Of a DNA stretch of 30,638 nucleotides, positions 1-8,093 are shown piece by piece. Under the pieces are notes generated by a model that was given only the letters and a program-made list of their open reading frames with translations, made no database searches and was not told the DNA's origin. The position numbers and the translations under genes were made by a program. Source of the stretch: a virus (Duplodnaviria; Caudoviricetes); the IMG/VR virus record IMGVR_UViG_3300017903_002428, positions 1 to 30,638 of that record; one strand, written 5' to 3'. How positions within the stretch are numbered: position 1 is the stretch's first letter; the number at the start of each line of letters is the position of its first letter.

Positions 1-141
1 GCCGGTATGTATGTGGTCATGCCGCGCCCCATGGAAAGACCCTCTGCCCACCATCTGACAGTCTTGGCAGCCTGTTGGTCCAGATGACCTCTGAAGACCG
101 CTTGCCACCGTTCTTGCTGGGATTGCCTTGAATAGTGGCAA
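1..141. repeat. Terminal direct repeat (circular assembly overlap), copy 1
   Basis: 1-141 is identical to 30498-30638. It cuts through the methylase/terL junction, and 141 nt matches a common assembler k-mer, so this is a circular or permuted contig rather than a biological terminal repeat. Confidence 0.95.
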
Positions 142-787
142 GTGTTCGAAACGGTAGCCATTGGGCCCCTTCATTTTCGCACACCATCACGAATCCATGA
201 CGAGACTGACACCACCTCCCCAAACTTTCGAAAGATGCCGGCTGATGCGGATAGTAGCTGCCTGCTTTGTTGGCGTACGGTGGATCGATGTGCCAAGTGG
301 CCTCTATATCTGGAGCGTCTGAATACTCACCATGAATGACCTGCCAGTGCCGGATGCTGCCCATCTGTTTTGCTATTCGTTGACGACAGGGGTGAGTCCA
401 CCCCTGCCATCCCCCATCCTGCATGTTTTCGCGCACCCACTTGGATGGGCGCTTGCACGGGTTCACTGTGCCATTGTTGCACCAGAACCCTGCGAGCCAT
501 CGAGCCTCTTGAGGCACCCATGCAGGCAGGTCATCCACACTGCCCCCATCCGGGATGTCTGGAATGGCCAACACCTCTGCTGCGCTTGCTTTGATGAGGT
601 ATCGCCAGATGCCCGCAATGATGGGCGACCGGTCCACAAGGATTACCTGCTTCCAGTGGTAGCGACAGCTGTACCCTGCAGCCCCAGCAAAGGGCTCGAT
701 GATGATGTCATGCTCAGGGGCAGGGTAGAGCTTCGCAGCCCTGTTCTTGCCCCCGTAGTATCGCCAGAATGGCTGTAGTCCTCTCAT
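17..787 (-). CDS. DNA N6-adenine methyltransferase (D12/Dam-like class)
   Basis: Motif X (YYGGK), SAM-binding motif I (EPFAGAAG) and catalytic motif IV (DPPY) occur in alpha-class order. GAGAGGACAAC RBS. The stop overlaps the terL start (ATGA). Confidence 0.9.
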   Translation of the reverse strand: MRGLQPFWRYYGGKNRAAKLYPAPEHDIIIEPFAGAAGYSCRYHWKQVILVDRSPIIAGIWRYLIKASAAEVLAIPDIPDGGSVDDLPAWVPQEARWLAGFWCNNGTVNPCKRPSKWVRENMQDGGWQGWTHPCRQRIAKQMGSIRHWQVIHGEYSDAPDIEATWHIDPPYANKAGSYYPHQPASFESLGRWCQSRHGFVMVCENEGAQWLPFRTLATIQGNPSKNGGKRSSEVIWTNRLPRLSDGGQRVFPWGAA

Positions 788-807
788 GTTGTCCTCTCAT
801 CTACAGC

Positions 808-1056
808 CTACCACTCTCCCACCAGGCTGAGCACGTTGCGCAGCTCCTCCACCTCCGGGGTGTCTGCTGTGGCTTCTGCCCGTTGCTGGGCTGCTGCCTT
901 GCTCCACTCGAGGACGCGCCAAGCAGTATCCATCCGTGCCTTGTTGGGTGTCTCCCTGCCCTGCAGTGTGGCCTCGATGCTGCTGATGGCCTCAGGGGCA
1001 AGCTGTGCCACTGCCTCGAGCAGCTCCTGCTCTGTCATCGTCTTTGTCTGTGGCAT
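808..1056 (-). CDS. Hypothetical helical protein (82 aa), candidate terminase small subunit
   Basis: Start moved to MPQTKT, which follows GGGAGA-N7-ATG. First gene of the leftward operon, upstream of methylase-terL. The terS call is positional only. Confidence 0.5.
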   Translation of the reverse strand: MPQTKTMTEQELLEAVAQLAPEAISSIEATLQGRETPNKARMDTAWRVLEWSKAAAQQRAEATADTPEVEELRNVLSLVGEW

Positions 1057-1096
1057 AGGTATTTCTCCCAAGTGAGGGGTATCTATTGACATGCCG

Positions 1097-1268
1097 ACCC
1101 TGCACACACCTAAATGCCCATGAATAGCCCCGAGTGCAGGGTGTGTCGGGTTTTCCGGTTTTCTTGTGTACTCAAGAAATAGCACATTTTCTGTGCAGCA
1201 GAAATGGGGGCTGAAGATGCACACCCTGCACTCTGCCCATGCCTGGCTTGTTTTGGTGTGTGCAGGGT
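1097..1268. repeat. Concentric nested inverted repeats in the divergent control region
   Basis: ACCCTGCACACACC 1097-1110 pairs with GGTGTGTGCAGGGT 1255-1268. GAGTGCAGGGTGTG 1132-1145 pairs with CACACCCTGCACTC 1220-1233. Both pairs are centred at 1182.5. Confidence 0.9.
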
Positions 1269-1324
1269 ACGCACGTCAAGACTTATGACCTGTGACACAA
1301 CAATGACCAAACTGTGACACAGGA

Positions 1325-1369
1325 TGGTACCATTGGCCCCACCGGTACCCTTGGCACCATTGGTACCAT
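1325..1369. repeat. Five tandem 9-bp units (consensus TGGYACCAT)
   Basis: Units are TGGTACCAT, TGGCCCCAC, CGGTACCCT, TGGCACCAT and TGGTACCAT. They follow two ATGACC..TGTGACACA direct repeats at 1285-1321. Confidence 0.8.
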
Positions 1370-1479
1370 GCGCTATGCTGTCTGTGCCCGGCGCGGAGCC
1401 TTCAAAGCCTCAAGCAAAATAGTTTGCTCGCTGGCACCGGATTCTGAAATCCGCGCCGGGCACTCATCGAGAGGACACC

Positions 1480-1731
1480 ATGACTGCACGCACTTTCTTT
1501 GTAGACATCTACGAGGGCCCTCACGTTGGATGGGAATCCTGCAACCCACTTGACCGGGACTTGAACGAGAAAGGGATCACTGAGAAAGAAGCGCGTGAGA
1601 GGGTTGCAGGAGAGCGGCGCCCATGGCGCCTGTATCAAAAAGTGAACGGCGCAATCGTAGCTTGTTGGGAAGGGGGCCAAAGCGTCGATGACGCAGACCA
1701 CGGTGCCTGGATCGCCTCGGTTTCTTACTGA
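1480..1731 (+). CDS. Hypothetical early protein (83 aa)
   Basis: GAGAGGACACC RBS; first ORF of the rightward operon. Confidence 0.75.
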   Translation: MTARTFFVDIYEGPHVGWESCNPLDRDLNEKGITEKEARERVAGERRPWRLYQKVNGAIVACWEGGQSVDDADHGAWIASVSY

Positions 1732-1753
1732 CCACAACACTTGAGAGGACACC

Positions 1754-1828
1754 ATGCAACAGCACATCGAGGACGCAGCAGGGGCAGTCATCATCTTTGC
1801 CCTCATCTTTCTGGCAATGAGCATCTGA
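1754..1828 (+). CDS. 24-aa single-transmembrane micropeptide (MQQHIEDAAGAVIIFALIFLAMSI)
   Basis: Not in the ORF track. It has the same GAGAGGACACC-ATG start as its neighbours and fills the gap between them. Confidence 0.65.
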   Translation: MQQHIEDAAGAVIIFALIFLAMSI

Positions 1829-1835
1829 GGACACC

Positions 1836-2045
1836 ATGACCCGTAGTATTCGAAAGGACGCATACAGCGACATCATTCAGACCCTGCAGAAGGTGGAGCA
1901 GTCTGCTGCCCGCCTGGCAAATGATGCACAGCACCTCAAGCACGAGGAGCTGCAGGCACGGGTCGACAACCATGAACGGGCTGTTGTCTTTGCCGTCATC
2001 GCCCTGACTGAAACCGTGCAGCGCCTGCAGCGGGGTGACCGATGA
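1836..2045 (+). CDS. Hypothetical helical protein (69 aa)
   Basis: GAGGACACC RBS; ATGA overlap with the next gene. Confidence 0.7.
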   Translation: MTRSIRKDAYSDIIQTLQKVEQSAARLANDAQHLKHEELQARVDNHERAVVFAVIALTETVQRLQRGDR

Positions 2046-2236
2046 CCACAGCAGCAGACTACCGCCCCCGCATGTCTCCCGAGCTTACCGCTGAGCTGAA
2101 GCTTGCTGCAGGGCTCGCAGGCCTGACTGTGCCTGAGTACCTTGACCAGGTTGTCAGGCCCTACGTCGCCACAGATGCACAGCAACGCATCGAGCGCAAG
2201 CACCTCCAGCGGGTCACAGGAACAGACACAGAATGA
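2042..2236 (+). CDS. Ribbon-helix-helix-like DNA-binding protein
   Basis: RPRMSPELTAELKLAAGLAGLTVPEYLDQVV fits the RHH pattern (strand, helix, G-x-T/S turn, helix). Coupled to the primase gene. Confidence 0.6.
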   Translation: MTTAADYRPRMSPELTAELKLAAGLAGLTVPEYLDQVVRPYVATDAQQRIERKHLQRVTGTDTE

Positions 2237-4500
2237 ACGCACAGCATCCTGATACCCGTGTGCGGTCTGTGTGGCCCACCCCTCCAGAAGGCTGCTGCTA
2301 TGTGGAGCAGTCCCTGAAGGGTGGTGACTACATCAGTACCGGCTACTTCCATCGGGGCACAGTGGACAGCAAGGGCAGGGGGCGCAGTGTCGAGAACTGC
2401 CAAGGGGTCACCTCCCTGTTCTTTGACCTTGACCTCCTCGGACTGGTGGATGCTGCCCGGCTTGCTCGAGGGCAGGCGCTGCCTGACAAGGCTGCAGACC
2501 GCAAGGCGCACATGTACCAGATGCCGGAAGAACAACGGCAGCAGTGGCTGGACCTGCTCCTGCAGGATGTGGGTGGCATCCTCGAGTCTGTCATGGGTGC
2601 GCCGCCCACCCTCACCATCTGCAGCGGGTGGGGCTACCACTTCCACTATGCAGTCAGTGAGCCCATGCGGACGGAGAAGGCTGCCCTGCAGTCCCTGCAT
2701 GCTGCTGTGGTGGATGAGTGCAACAGGCAGGCAAGTGAGGTGGGGCAGACGCTGCACCCACCCCTCACCACCTACCACAAAGCCTATGACCGCACCCATG
2801 ATGTGGGCGCAAGGCTTGCGCGCGCACCCGGTAGCCAGAACACCAAGTGTGCATGGCGCATGAGCTCGGTGGACATCATTGCCGCGTCTGACACCGTGCT
2901 GGATTCTGACACAGTGGGCAGACTCCGGACGCAGTGGGAAAGGCAGGGGCAGCTCACAGACAATGACAAGGCACGGGCCAAGGGCAGCCCTGTCCCCTCG
3001 AGGAAGCGCCCAAGGCAAGCAAAGTCTGTGGATGTGGATTTCCGGGCGCAGCGCCTTGCAGACGGCCGCTCATGGCAGCAGCTTGCAGATGCACTGGCAC
3101 CGGGTGAGCGCCTGAAGGTCATCTGCCCGTTCGGTGGCACCAGTGTGGGCAGTGGCTTCTTTCACAGGGAGCAGGACGGCCGCGTCCGGTACTACTCCTC
3201 CATGCAGGCTGTGACCTATTGGAACAGCTACCGTCCCAGCACTACACCCGGACTGGTGGACCTGCGACGGTCCCCACCCAAGAAGGACGGGACACAGGGA
3301 CGCATCCTCAACAGCGTCACCAACCTGCACACCATGCTCACCCATGACGCTGCCTTCAGCCTGTGGTTCGATGAGTTTCGGCAGCAGGAGATGGATGGGC
3401 ATGATGTGATCGATGACGGCATCTGGGTGCGCGTCATCACTCACATGGAGTCTGCCTATGACTGGCAGTGGCGTGTGGGCAAGGAGCTGCTGTTCAGCGC
3501 CGTCGAGTTTGTGTGCCGACAAAGCAGCAGGAACCCTGTGCAGGAGTACGTCAAGCAGCTCAAGTGGGATGGCTGCCCAAGGATTGACCGCTGGCTCCTC
3601 GAGGTCTGCAACACTGAAGACCTGCCCATCTACCGGGTGTACGCTCGCAAGTGGGTGCTGGGGCTCATGGCTCGACTGTTCAGCCCCGGATGCCAGCTAC
3701 ACACGTGCATGCTGCTGACCGGGCCTCAGGGATGGGGGAAGAGCAGTGTGTGGCGCGAGTGGGCCAACTGGCCCGGACAGACGGAGCTGTACTCAGACAC
3801 CAGATTCAACATCAAAGACAAGGACTGCTATCTGCAGCTGTACTCGGCTCTCATCTACGAGGACGCCGAAATGGCAGGGAGCTCCAACGCAGACCAAGAG
3901 ACTCGCAAGGCCTTCATCACTTCTGCTGTGGACCGCTTCCGCCCACCCTTTGGGCGCAAGATGCGCACCTACAGGCGGCACACAGTCATCACCATGACCT
4001 CAAATGAGCAGGACGTGCTCAGAGATCGAACGGGGTCAAGAAGGTACTGGGTGGTGCCTTGCTCGGGTGAGGCTGCAGGCCTGCGATGGCTGGGCAAGTA
4101 CCGCGACCAGATGCTGGCAGAAGCCTACGAGGAGTACCAGAAGGGTGAGCAGTGGTGGCTCACCCCGGATGAGTCAAAGATGCAGCGCAAGGCCAACGGG
4201 GTCTTCCAGTACCACGACTGGTTCTCGCAGTGCGCCCTTGTGGCATGGGATGCCAACGGCGCAGGCCGGCGCAATCGCTTCACAGTTGCGGAGTTTGCCG
4301 CAGCAATAGACCAGAATCTGTCCGTCCAACGGTTTGGACTGTCGCTATCTTCTGCCCTGCATTCTGCAGGCTTCACCCGGTACCGCTCAGGCGGTGCCAC
4401 CTACTACTACAAGACCGGTGACTCCACAGGCTCAGCCACCGGACTCCTTGCCATCAGGGGCCTGACCCGTTCCAGCCATGAGCAGCAGGCTGGACTTTGA
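2233..4500 (+). CDS. Primase-helicase: N-terminal AEP/RepB-type primase fused to a VapE-family SF3-like P-loop ATPase
   Basis: AEP motifs LFFDLD, SGWGYHFHY and D..ARLARAPGSQN. VapE signatures NPVQEY..WDG.PRID, Walker A GPQGWGKS, RPPFGR and TSN..L.DRTGSRRYW. Confidence 0.9.
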   Translation: MNAQHPDTRVRSVWPTPPEGCCYVEQSLKGGDYISTGYFHRGTVDSKGRGRSVENCQGVTSLFFDLDLLGLVDAARLARGQALPDKAADRKAHMYQMPEEQRQQWLDLLLQDVGGILESVMGAPPTLTICSGWGYHFHYAVSEPMRTEKAALQSLHAAVVDECNRQASEVGQTLHPPLTTYHKAYDRTHDVGARLARAPGSQNTKCAWRMSSVDIIAASDTVLDSDTVGRLRTQWERQGQLTDNDKARAKGSPVPSRKRPRQAKSVDVDFRAQRLADGRSWQQLADALAPGERLKVICPFGGTSVGSGFFHREQDGRVRYYSSMQAVTYWNSYRPSTTPGLVDLRRSPPKKDGTQGRILNSVTNLHTMLTHDAAFSLWFDEFRQQEMDGHDVIDDGIWVRVITHMESAYDWQWRVGKELLFSAVEFVCRQSSRNPVQEYVKQLKWDGCPRIDRWLLEVCNTEDLPIYRVYARKWVLGLMARLFSPGCQLHTCMLLTGPQGWGKSSVWREWANWPGQTELYSDTRFNIKDKDCYLQLYSALIYEDAEMAGSSNADQETRKAFITSAVDRFRPPFGRKMRTYRRHTVITMTSNEQDVLRDRTGSRRYWVVPCSGEAAGLRWLGKYRDQMLAEAYEEYQKGEQWWLTPDESKMQRKANGVFQYHDWFSQCALVAWDANGAGRRNRFTVAEFAAAIDQNLSVQRFGLSLSSALHSAGFTRYRSGGATYYYKTGDSTGSATGLLAIRGLTRSSHEQQAGL

Positions 4501-4512
4501 GAGGACACAACC

Positions 4513-5142
4513 ATGTTTGAACTATTTAGCGTCACCGACAAACGTGCAGACCTTGCCAAGGCCTTGGTCAAGGCGCAGGCCTCCATGGGGCCAGCCATCA
4601 AGGACAGCAAGAACCCACACTACCGCAGCAGCTATGCCAGCCTCAGTGCAGTCATCGGGGCTGTCATCCCTGCCCTCAATGAGCAGGGTGTAGCAGTCAT
4701 GCAGCTGCCCCACCTGGATGAGTCCTATGTGCAGCTCACCACCATCCTGATGCACACCAGTGGGCAGATGCTCAGCAGCACTGTGGCCACACCCATGGGC
4801 AAGAAGCAGGATGCACAGGCAGTGGGCAGCGCCATCACCTACCTGCGCCGCTATGCGCTGCAGTCCATCATGGGGCTGCCCGTCGAGGATGATGACGGCA
4901 ATGCCGCAAGCCGGCGCACTGTACAGCCCGTGCAGCGTCGGAGTCTCCCCAGCACACAGGACTGGGCTGCCCTCATTGCTGCGGAGCTCGAGGGCGCAGG
5001 CCTCACTGTGGATGCATTCAAGGTGTGGGCAGACAAGGCAGGCAAGCCCAACCTCGATGCCATGAAGCCCCAGCAAAAGAAGCTCTGCTACGAGTGGCTT
5101 GCCCATGGAAACGGCCTGCAAACCATCAAGAGCAGCAACTGA
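4513..5142 (+). CDS. erf: ERF-family single-strand annealing protein
   Basis: KNPHYRSSYASL and the ERF signature GSAITYLRRYAL..IMGL..EDDDG. Confidence 0.92.
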   Translation: MFELFSVTDKRADLAKALVKAQASMGPAIKDSKNPHYRSSYASLSAVIGAVIPALNEQGVAVMQLPHLDESYVQLTTILMHTSGQMLSSTVATPMGKKQDAQAVGSAITYLRRYALQSIMGLPVEDDDGNAASRRTVQPVQRRSLPSTQDWAALIAAELEGAGLTVDAFKVWADKAGKPNLDAMKPQQKKLCYEWLAHGNGLQTIKSSN

Positions 5143-5166
5143 CCACCACTGCAAAGAGAGGACAAC

Positions 5167-5658
5167 ATGCAGATTTCACTGAACATCCCAACATCCGAAG
5201 AGCTGGTTGACTTTGTGGACTCCCAACAGGGGCCACTGTCTACCGGTGACATTGCTGACCACTTTGGCCTGACCTACAAGGGGCAGACAGGCGGCAAGGC
5301 CTATGAGTCCCTGCGCAGCCTGTTGCATCACCTTGTGGTGACAGGGCAGGTGGCCTGCAAGCAGAAGCGGCCGGGCGCCCGGCGCTACTTCTACAGCATC
5401 CCCCGACTGGTGGAGGCTGTGAAGCAGGAGCAGGAGGAGAACGTCTACCGCTTCTCAGTGGGCCTGCAGCCCAAGCAGGGCGCAGCCATCAGCTTGGATG
5501 ACCTGAAGGCCAAAGCCATGGAGTGCCACAAGCAGATGCACCACCTCGCAGCGGAGCAGGAGCGCATTGAGCGCGAGCTTGCCCAGCATGCTGCCCGGCT
5601 GGATGTGCTGCTCAGCCTCATCGATCCCTTTGACTCCTCCTTTCGGCTGGGGGTCTGA
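5167..5658 (+). CDS. Putative winged-helix DNA-binding protein with C-terminal coiled coil
   Basis: PLSTGDIADHFGL helix-turn pattern, L..LV..G.V wing and heptad-rich C-terminus. GAGAGGACAAC RBS. Confidence 0.55.
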   Translation: MQISLNIPTSEELVDFVDSQQGPLSTGDIADHFGLTYKGQTGGKAYESLRSLLHHLVVTGQVACKQKRPGARRYFYSIPRLVEAVKQEQEENVYRFSVGLQPKQGAAISLDDLKAKAMECHKQMHHLAAEQERIERELAQHAARLDVLLSLIDPFDSSFRLGV

Positions 5659-6170
5659 TGTCTGACCCCTATGAGAATGCACAGGTATTCATCGGCATTG
5701 ACCCGGGCCCCAAGACCTTTGGGCTGATTGTCTACGCTGTCAAGCAGGGTGAGGCACTGGGGACTGTGGTGCTGGCAGACGGCAAGGCAGACCCCACCCG
5801 TGCCCGGTCTGTCATCGCTGCCCTTGCTGCTGACCATCCCATTGTGGTTCTCGAGCACACCCACCCCGGCCCACCCTCGTGGTCCATGGTGCACACCTCG
5901 GTGCAGCTCGGGCGCATCTGGGAGTATGCAGCCATCAAAGAGGTGCAGGTGTGGCCTGCTCATCGCAAGAAGGTCAAGGCCCTGCTGGGCAACAGTGACA
6001 GCGCCATCAGGCGCAGCATCTGTGAGCTGCACGGGTATGACCCGGACACCCTGCATCCTCGGCATGAGGGCAGGCTGCACGGGGTCTCATCGCATGCATG
6101 GCAGGCCTTGGCTGCTGTGCTCTACCACATCCACAACAACCACCACCCCATCACTGAGAGGACAGCATGA
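5658..6170 (+). CDS. RuvC-like (RNase H fold) Holliday junction resolvase homologue
   Basis: FIGIDPG..TFG, VVLE and K.VK motifs. The C-terminal helix SHAWQALAAV aligns with RuvC DAADALA. Confidence 0.7.
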   Translation: MSDPYENAQVFIGIDPGPKTFGLIVYAVKQGEALGTVVLADGKADPTRARSVIAALAADHPIVVLEHTHPGPPSWSMVHTSVQLGRIWEYAAIKEVQVWPAHRKKVKALLGNSDSAIRRSICELHGYDPDTLHPRHEGRLHGVSSHAWQALAAVLYHIHNNHHPITERTA

Positions 6171-6997
6171 CCATTCCCACCCCGGAGCAGACCGCAGCCT
6201 GGACAGATGCTGACTACTTCGCCTTCGATGCGGTCAATGCATCGAGCCTGAAGCAGCTGGCAAAGAATCCCCTCATGTACAGGCACCGGCTGCTAAACCC
6301 CATCCCCAAGACCTCGAGCATGGTGCTGGGGTCTGCCGTGCACTGCCTTGTCTTTGAGCCCTTGGAGTTTGAAAAGCGGTATGCAGTGACTGCCCTGAAC
6401 AGACGCACCAAGCTGTACAAAGAGTGGGCAGCGGAGCAGGGGGACCGTGACATCCTGACAGAAGCGGAGCATGACAAGGCGCTGCAGACTGCCCTGTGTG
6501 TCAGTGAGCATCCCATGATGTCTGAGCTGCTGGCCCACCCCGGTACTCAGGTGGAGCGTGCCATTGTGTGGCAGGGACTCTTCGGGCCGTGCAAGGCCAA
6601 GCTTGACCTGCTGCACTACAGTGAGGAACACGGGCTCATCATCATTGACCTGAAGACCACAAGCAGTGACCTCGATGAGCACACTCTGACGCACACCATG
6701 GGGAAATACCTGGTACACCTGCAGCTCTACCACTACCGGCATGCTGCCTGTGCCCTGCTGGACCTGCCCTACTATGCAGTCGAGAAGATGCGACTGGGGG
6801 CACTGTACGTGCAGACTTCTGCCCCACATGACACCGTGCTGTGTGAGCTGAGCCCCAACACCATCATGGCATCAGCTGACCTGTACAAAGACCTTGCTGA
6901 CCTGTACGAGGGCTGCAAGACCATGGGCCTGTGGCCCGGATACAACAAGGTTCGGACTGTTGACATCCCGGACTACTACACCACCATCAAGATGTGA
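6167..6997 (+). CDS. PD-(D/E)XK exonuclease, RecE/exonuclease VIII (DUF3799)-like
   Basis: NASSLK, GSAVHCLVFEP, CKAKLD, IIDLKTT and HLQL..Y motifs. Confidence 0.85.
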   Translation: MTIPTPEQTAAWTDADYFAFDAVNASSLKQLAKNPLMYRHRLLNPIPKTSSMVLGSAVHCLVFEPLEFEKRYAVTALNRRTKLYKEWAAEQGDRDILTEAEHDKALQTALCVSEHPMMSELLAHPGTQVERAIVWQGLFGPCKAKLDLLHYSEEHGLIIIDLKTTSSDLDEHTLTHTMGKYLVHLQLYHYRHAACALLDLPYYAVEKMRLGALYVQTSAPHDTVLCELSPNTIMASADLYKDLADLYEGCKTMGLWPGYNKVRTVDIPDYYTTIKM

Positions 6998-7006
6998 GAG
7001 GACAAC

Positions 7007-7390
7007 ATGCCAGCATTCATCACCATCACTGCCCGGCTTGCCCGCCCACCTGAGGTGCGCGACACCAACAGCGGTACCACCATCTGCAACCTGACCCTGC
7101 CCAATGATACGGGCTGGGGTGACAACAAGACCACGAGCTGGTGGACCTGCACCCTCTTTGGCAAGCGTGCAGAAGCAGCAGCCAAGCACCTGCAGAAGGG
7201 GCAGTGGGTCACTGTGAACGGGGAGCCCAGCCTGCGCACCTATGAGAAGCGTGATGGCAGCAAGGGCTTCAGCCTTGAGGTCAAGGTCAGTGACTGGGCA
7301 TTCTGTGGCCCCAAGGTGCAGCAGGATGCACAGTCTGGGCAAACTGCCCAAGGCTATGGCAGTCAGCCCTTGGGTGACTTGCCTTTCTGA
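7007..7390 (+). CDS. ssb: Single-stranded DNA-binding protein
   Basis: OB-fold SSB pattern (LFGKRAE...LQKGQ.VTVNG) and C-terminal DLPF tail. Confidence 0.95.
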   Translation: MPAFITITARLARPPEVRDTNSGTTICNLTLPNDTGWGDNKTTSWWTCTLFGKRAEAAAKHLQKGQWVTVNGEPSLRTYEKRDGSKGFSLEVKVSDWAFCGPKVQQDAQSGQTAQGYGSQPLGDLPF

Positions 7391-7515
7391 GCCTTGCGCT
7401 TCCCCGCCTTGCTGAGGGCTATGGCCACGCTCTGCCGTTGGCTGTAGCCCTCCTTCTTGAGCTTCTTGATGTTGGCGCTGACCGTCTTGTCAGACTTGCC
7501 GGACTTGAGAGGCAT
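7363..7515 (-). CDS. Small basic protein (50 aa, [38 protein letters not shown]...)
   Basis: Not in the ORF track. The start abuts the upstream stop (TAGATG). It resembles, from memory, a widespread phage family MPLKKG.S...IS.NI...Q.QAVAIAL. Overlaps the ssb 3' end by 28 nt. Confidence 0.75.
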   Translation of the reverse strand: MPLKSGKSDKTVSANIKKLKKEGYSQRQSVAIALSKAGKRKAQKGKSPKG

Positions 7516-7743
7516 CTACCCCTCCACCTGGTCAAGGGCTTCCCGGATGCCATCGAGGACATCACCCCTGCCCTCGAGGATGGCACTGACCACATAGCCA
7601 ATGGCAATGTCACTGATGCGCTCCCACAGGGCATTGCGGGGCTCAATGACTGCATCCAGCACCTCCACAATGGTCTGTCGGTTGCCCACCACGATTGCAC
7701 GCCCAAGCCGGCGCAGCTTCTCACGTCTTTGCTCTTGTGTCAT
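7516..7743 (-). CDS. Hypothetical protein (75 aa)
   Basis: GAGGT SD; tiles between its neighbours; typical codon usage. Confidence 0.7.
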   Translation of the reverse strand: MTQEQRREKLRRLGRAIVVGNRQTIVEVLDAVIEPRNALWERISDIAIGYVVSAILEGRGDVLDGIREALDQVEG

Positions 7744-7745
7744 GG

Positions 7746-8093
7746 CTACCTCTTTGGGATGGCTTTGCTCTTGGCTCGCTTGCCTGCCCGTTTGGCAAAC
7801 AGCGCATCTTGTACGTCTTTCTTGCTGGCTCGGGTGTTGGGGGTCTTTGCCTTGCTGACCACCTTGGTGGGCCTGCAGTACTGGCTCTTCGCATCACCAC
7901 TGTGCCCACAGGGCTTGCCTGTCTTCTTGTCTACCCACTTTTCCCGTGCCCATCTGCGCAGGCTCTTGCCCTTCTCCCCCTTCCTGACCTGCCCTTTGCG
8001 CTTCCTGCACTTTGCCACGGCTTGAGAGGCACGGGCAGACGGCCACACCTTGTACCGGCTCTTGACCTCTTTGGTGCAGGCATCATCAGCCAT
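7746..8093 (-). CDS. Lys/Arg-rich, Cys-containing phage protein (115 aa)
   Basis: Start moved to MADDAC. DAC..VK.RYKVWPSA.AS and LRRW..EKWVD..TGKPCG resemble motifs I recall from aquatic phage hypotheticals. Confidence 0.75.
   Translation of the reverse strand: MADDACTKEVKSRYKVWPSARASQAVAKCRKRKGQVRKGEKGKSLRRWAREKWVDKKTGKPCGHSGDAKSQYCRPTKVVSKAKTPNTRASKKDVQDALFAKRAGKRAKSKAIPKR

Noticed and set aside
1-141. Biological direct terminal repeat
   Set aside because: The length matches an assembler k-mer overlap and the repeat splits coding sequence. True genome ends cannot be inferred.
1086-1115. TTGACA as a sigma70 -35
   Set aside because: No convincing -10 at 16-18 nt spacing.
1285-1369. CRISPR array
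   Set aside because: Repeats are too short and contiguous, there are no spacers, and no cas genes are present.
1432-1447. Sigma54 promoter (TGGCAC...)
   Set aside because: The conserved GC at -12 is missing (TG instead).
1314-1553. Collagen-like ORF (GTI-GPT-GTL-GTI-GTM)
   Set aside because: GTG start without an RBS, and it overlaps the better-supported 1480 gene. Better explained as a DNA repeat.
7438-8025. Hydrophobic 195-aa + strand ORF as a holin
   Set aside because: It is the antisense shadow of Lys-rich - strand genes (AAG read as CTT) and has no RBS.
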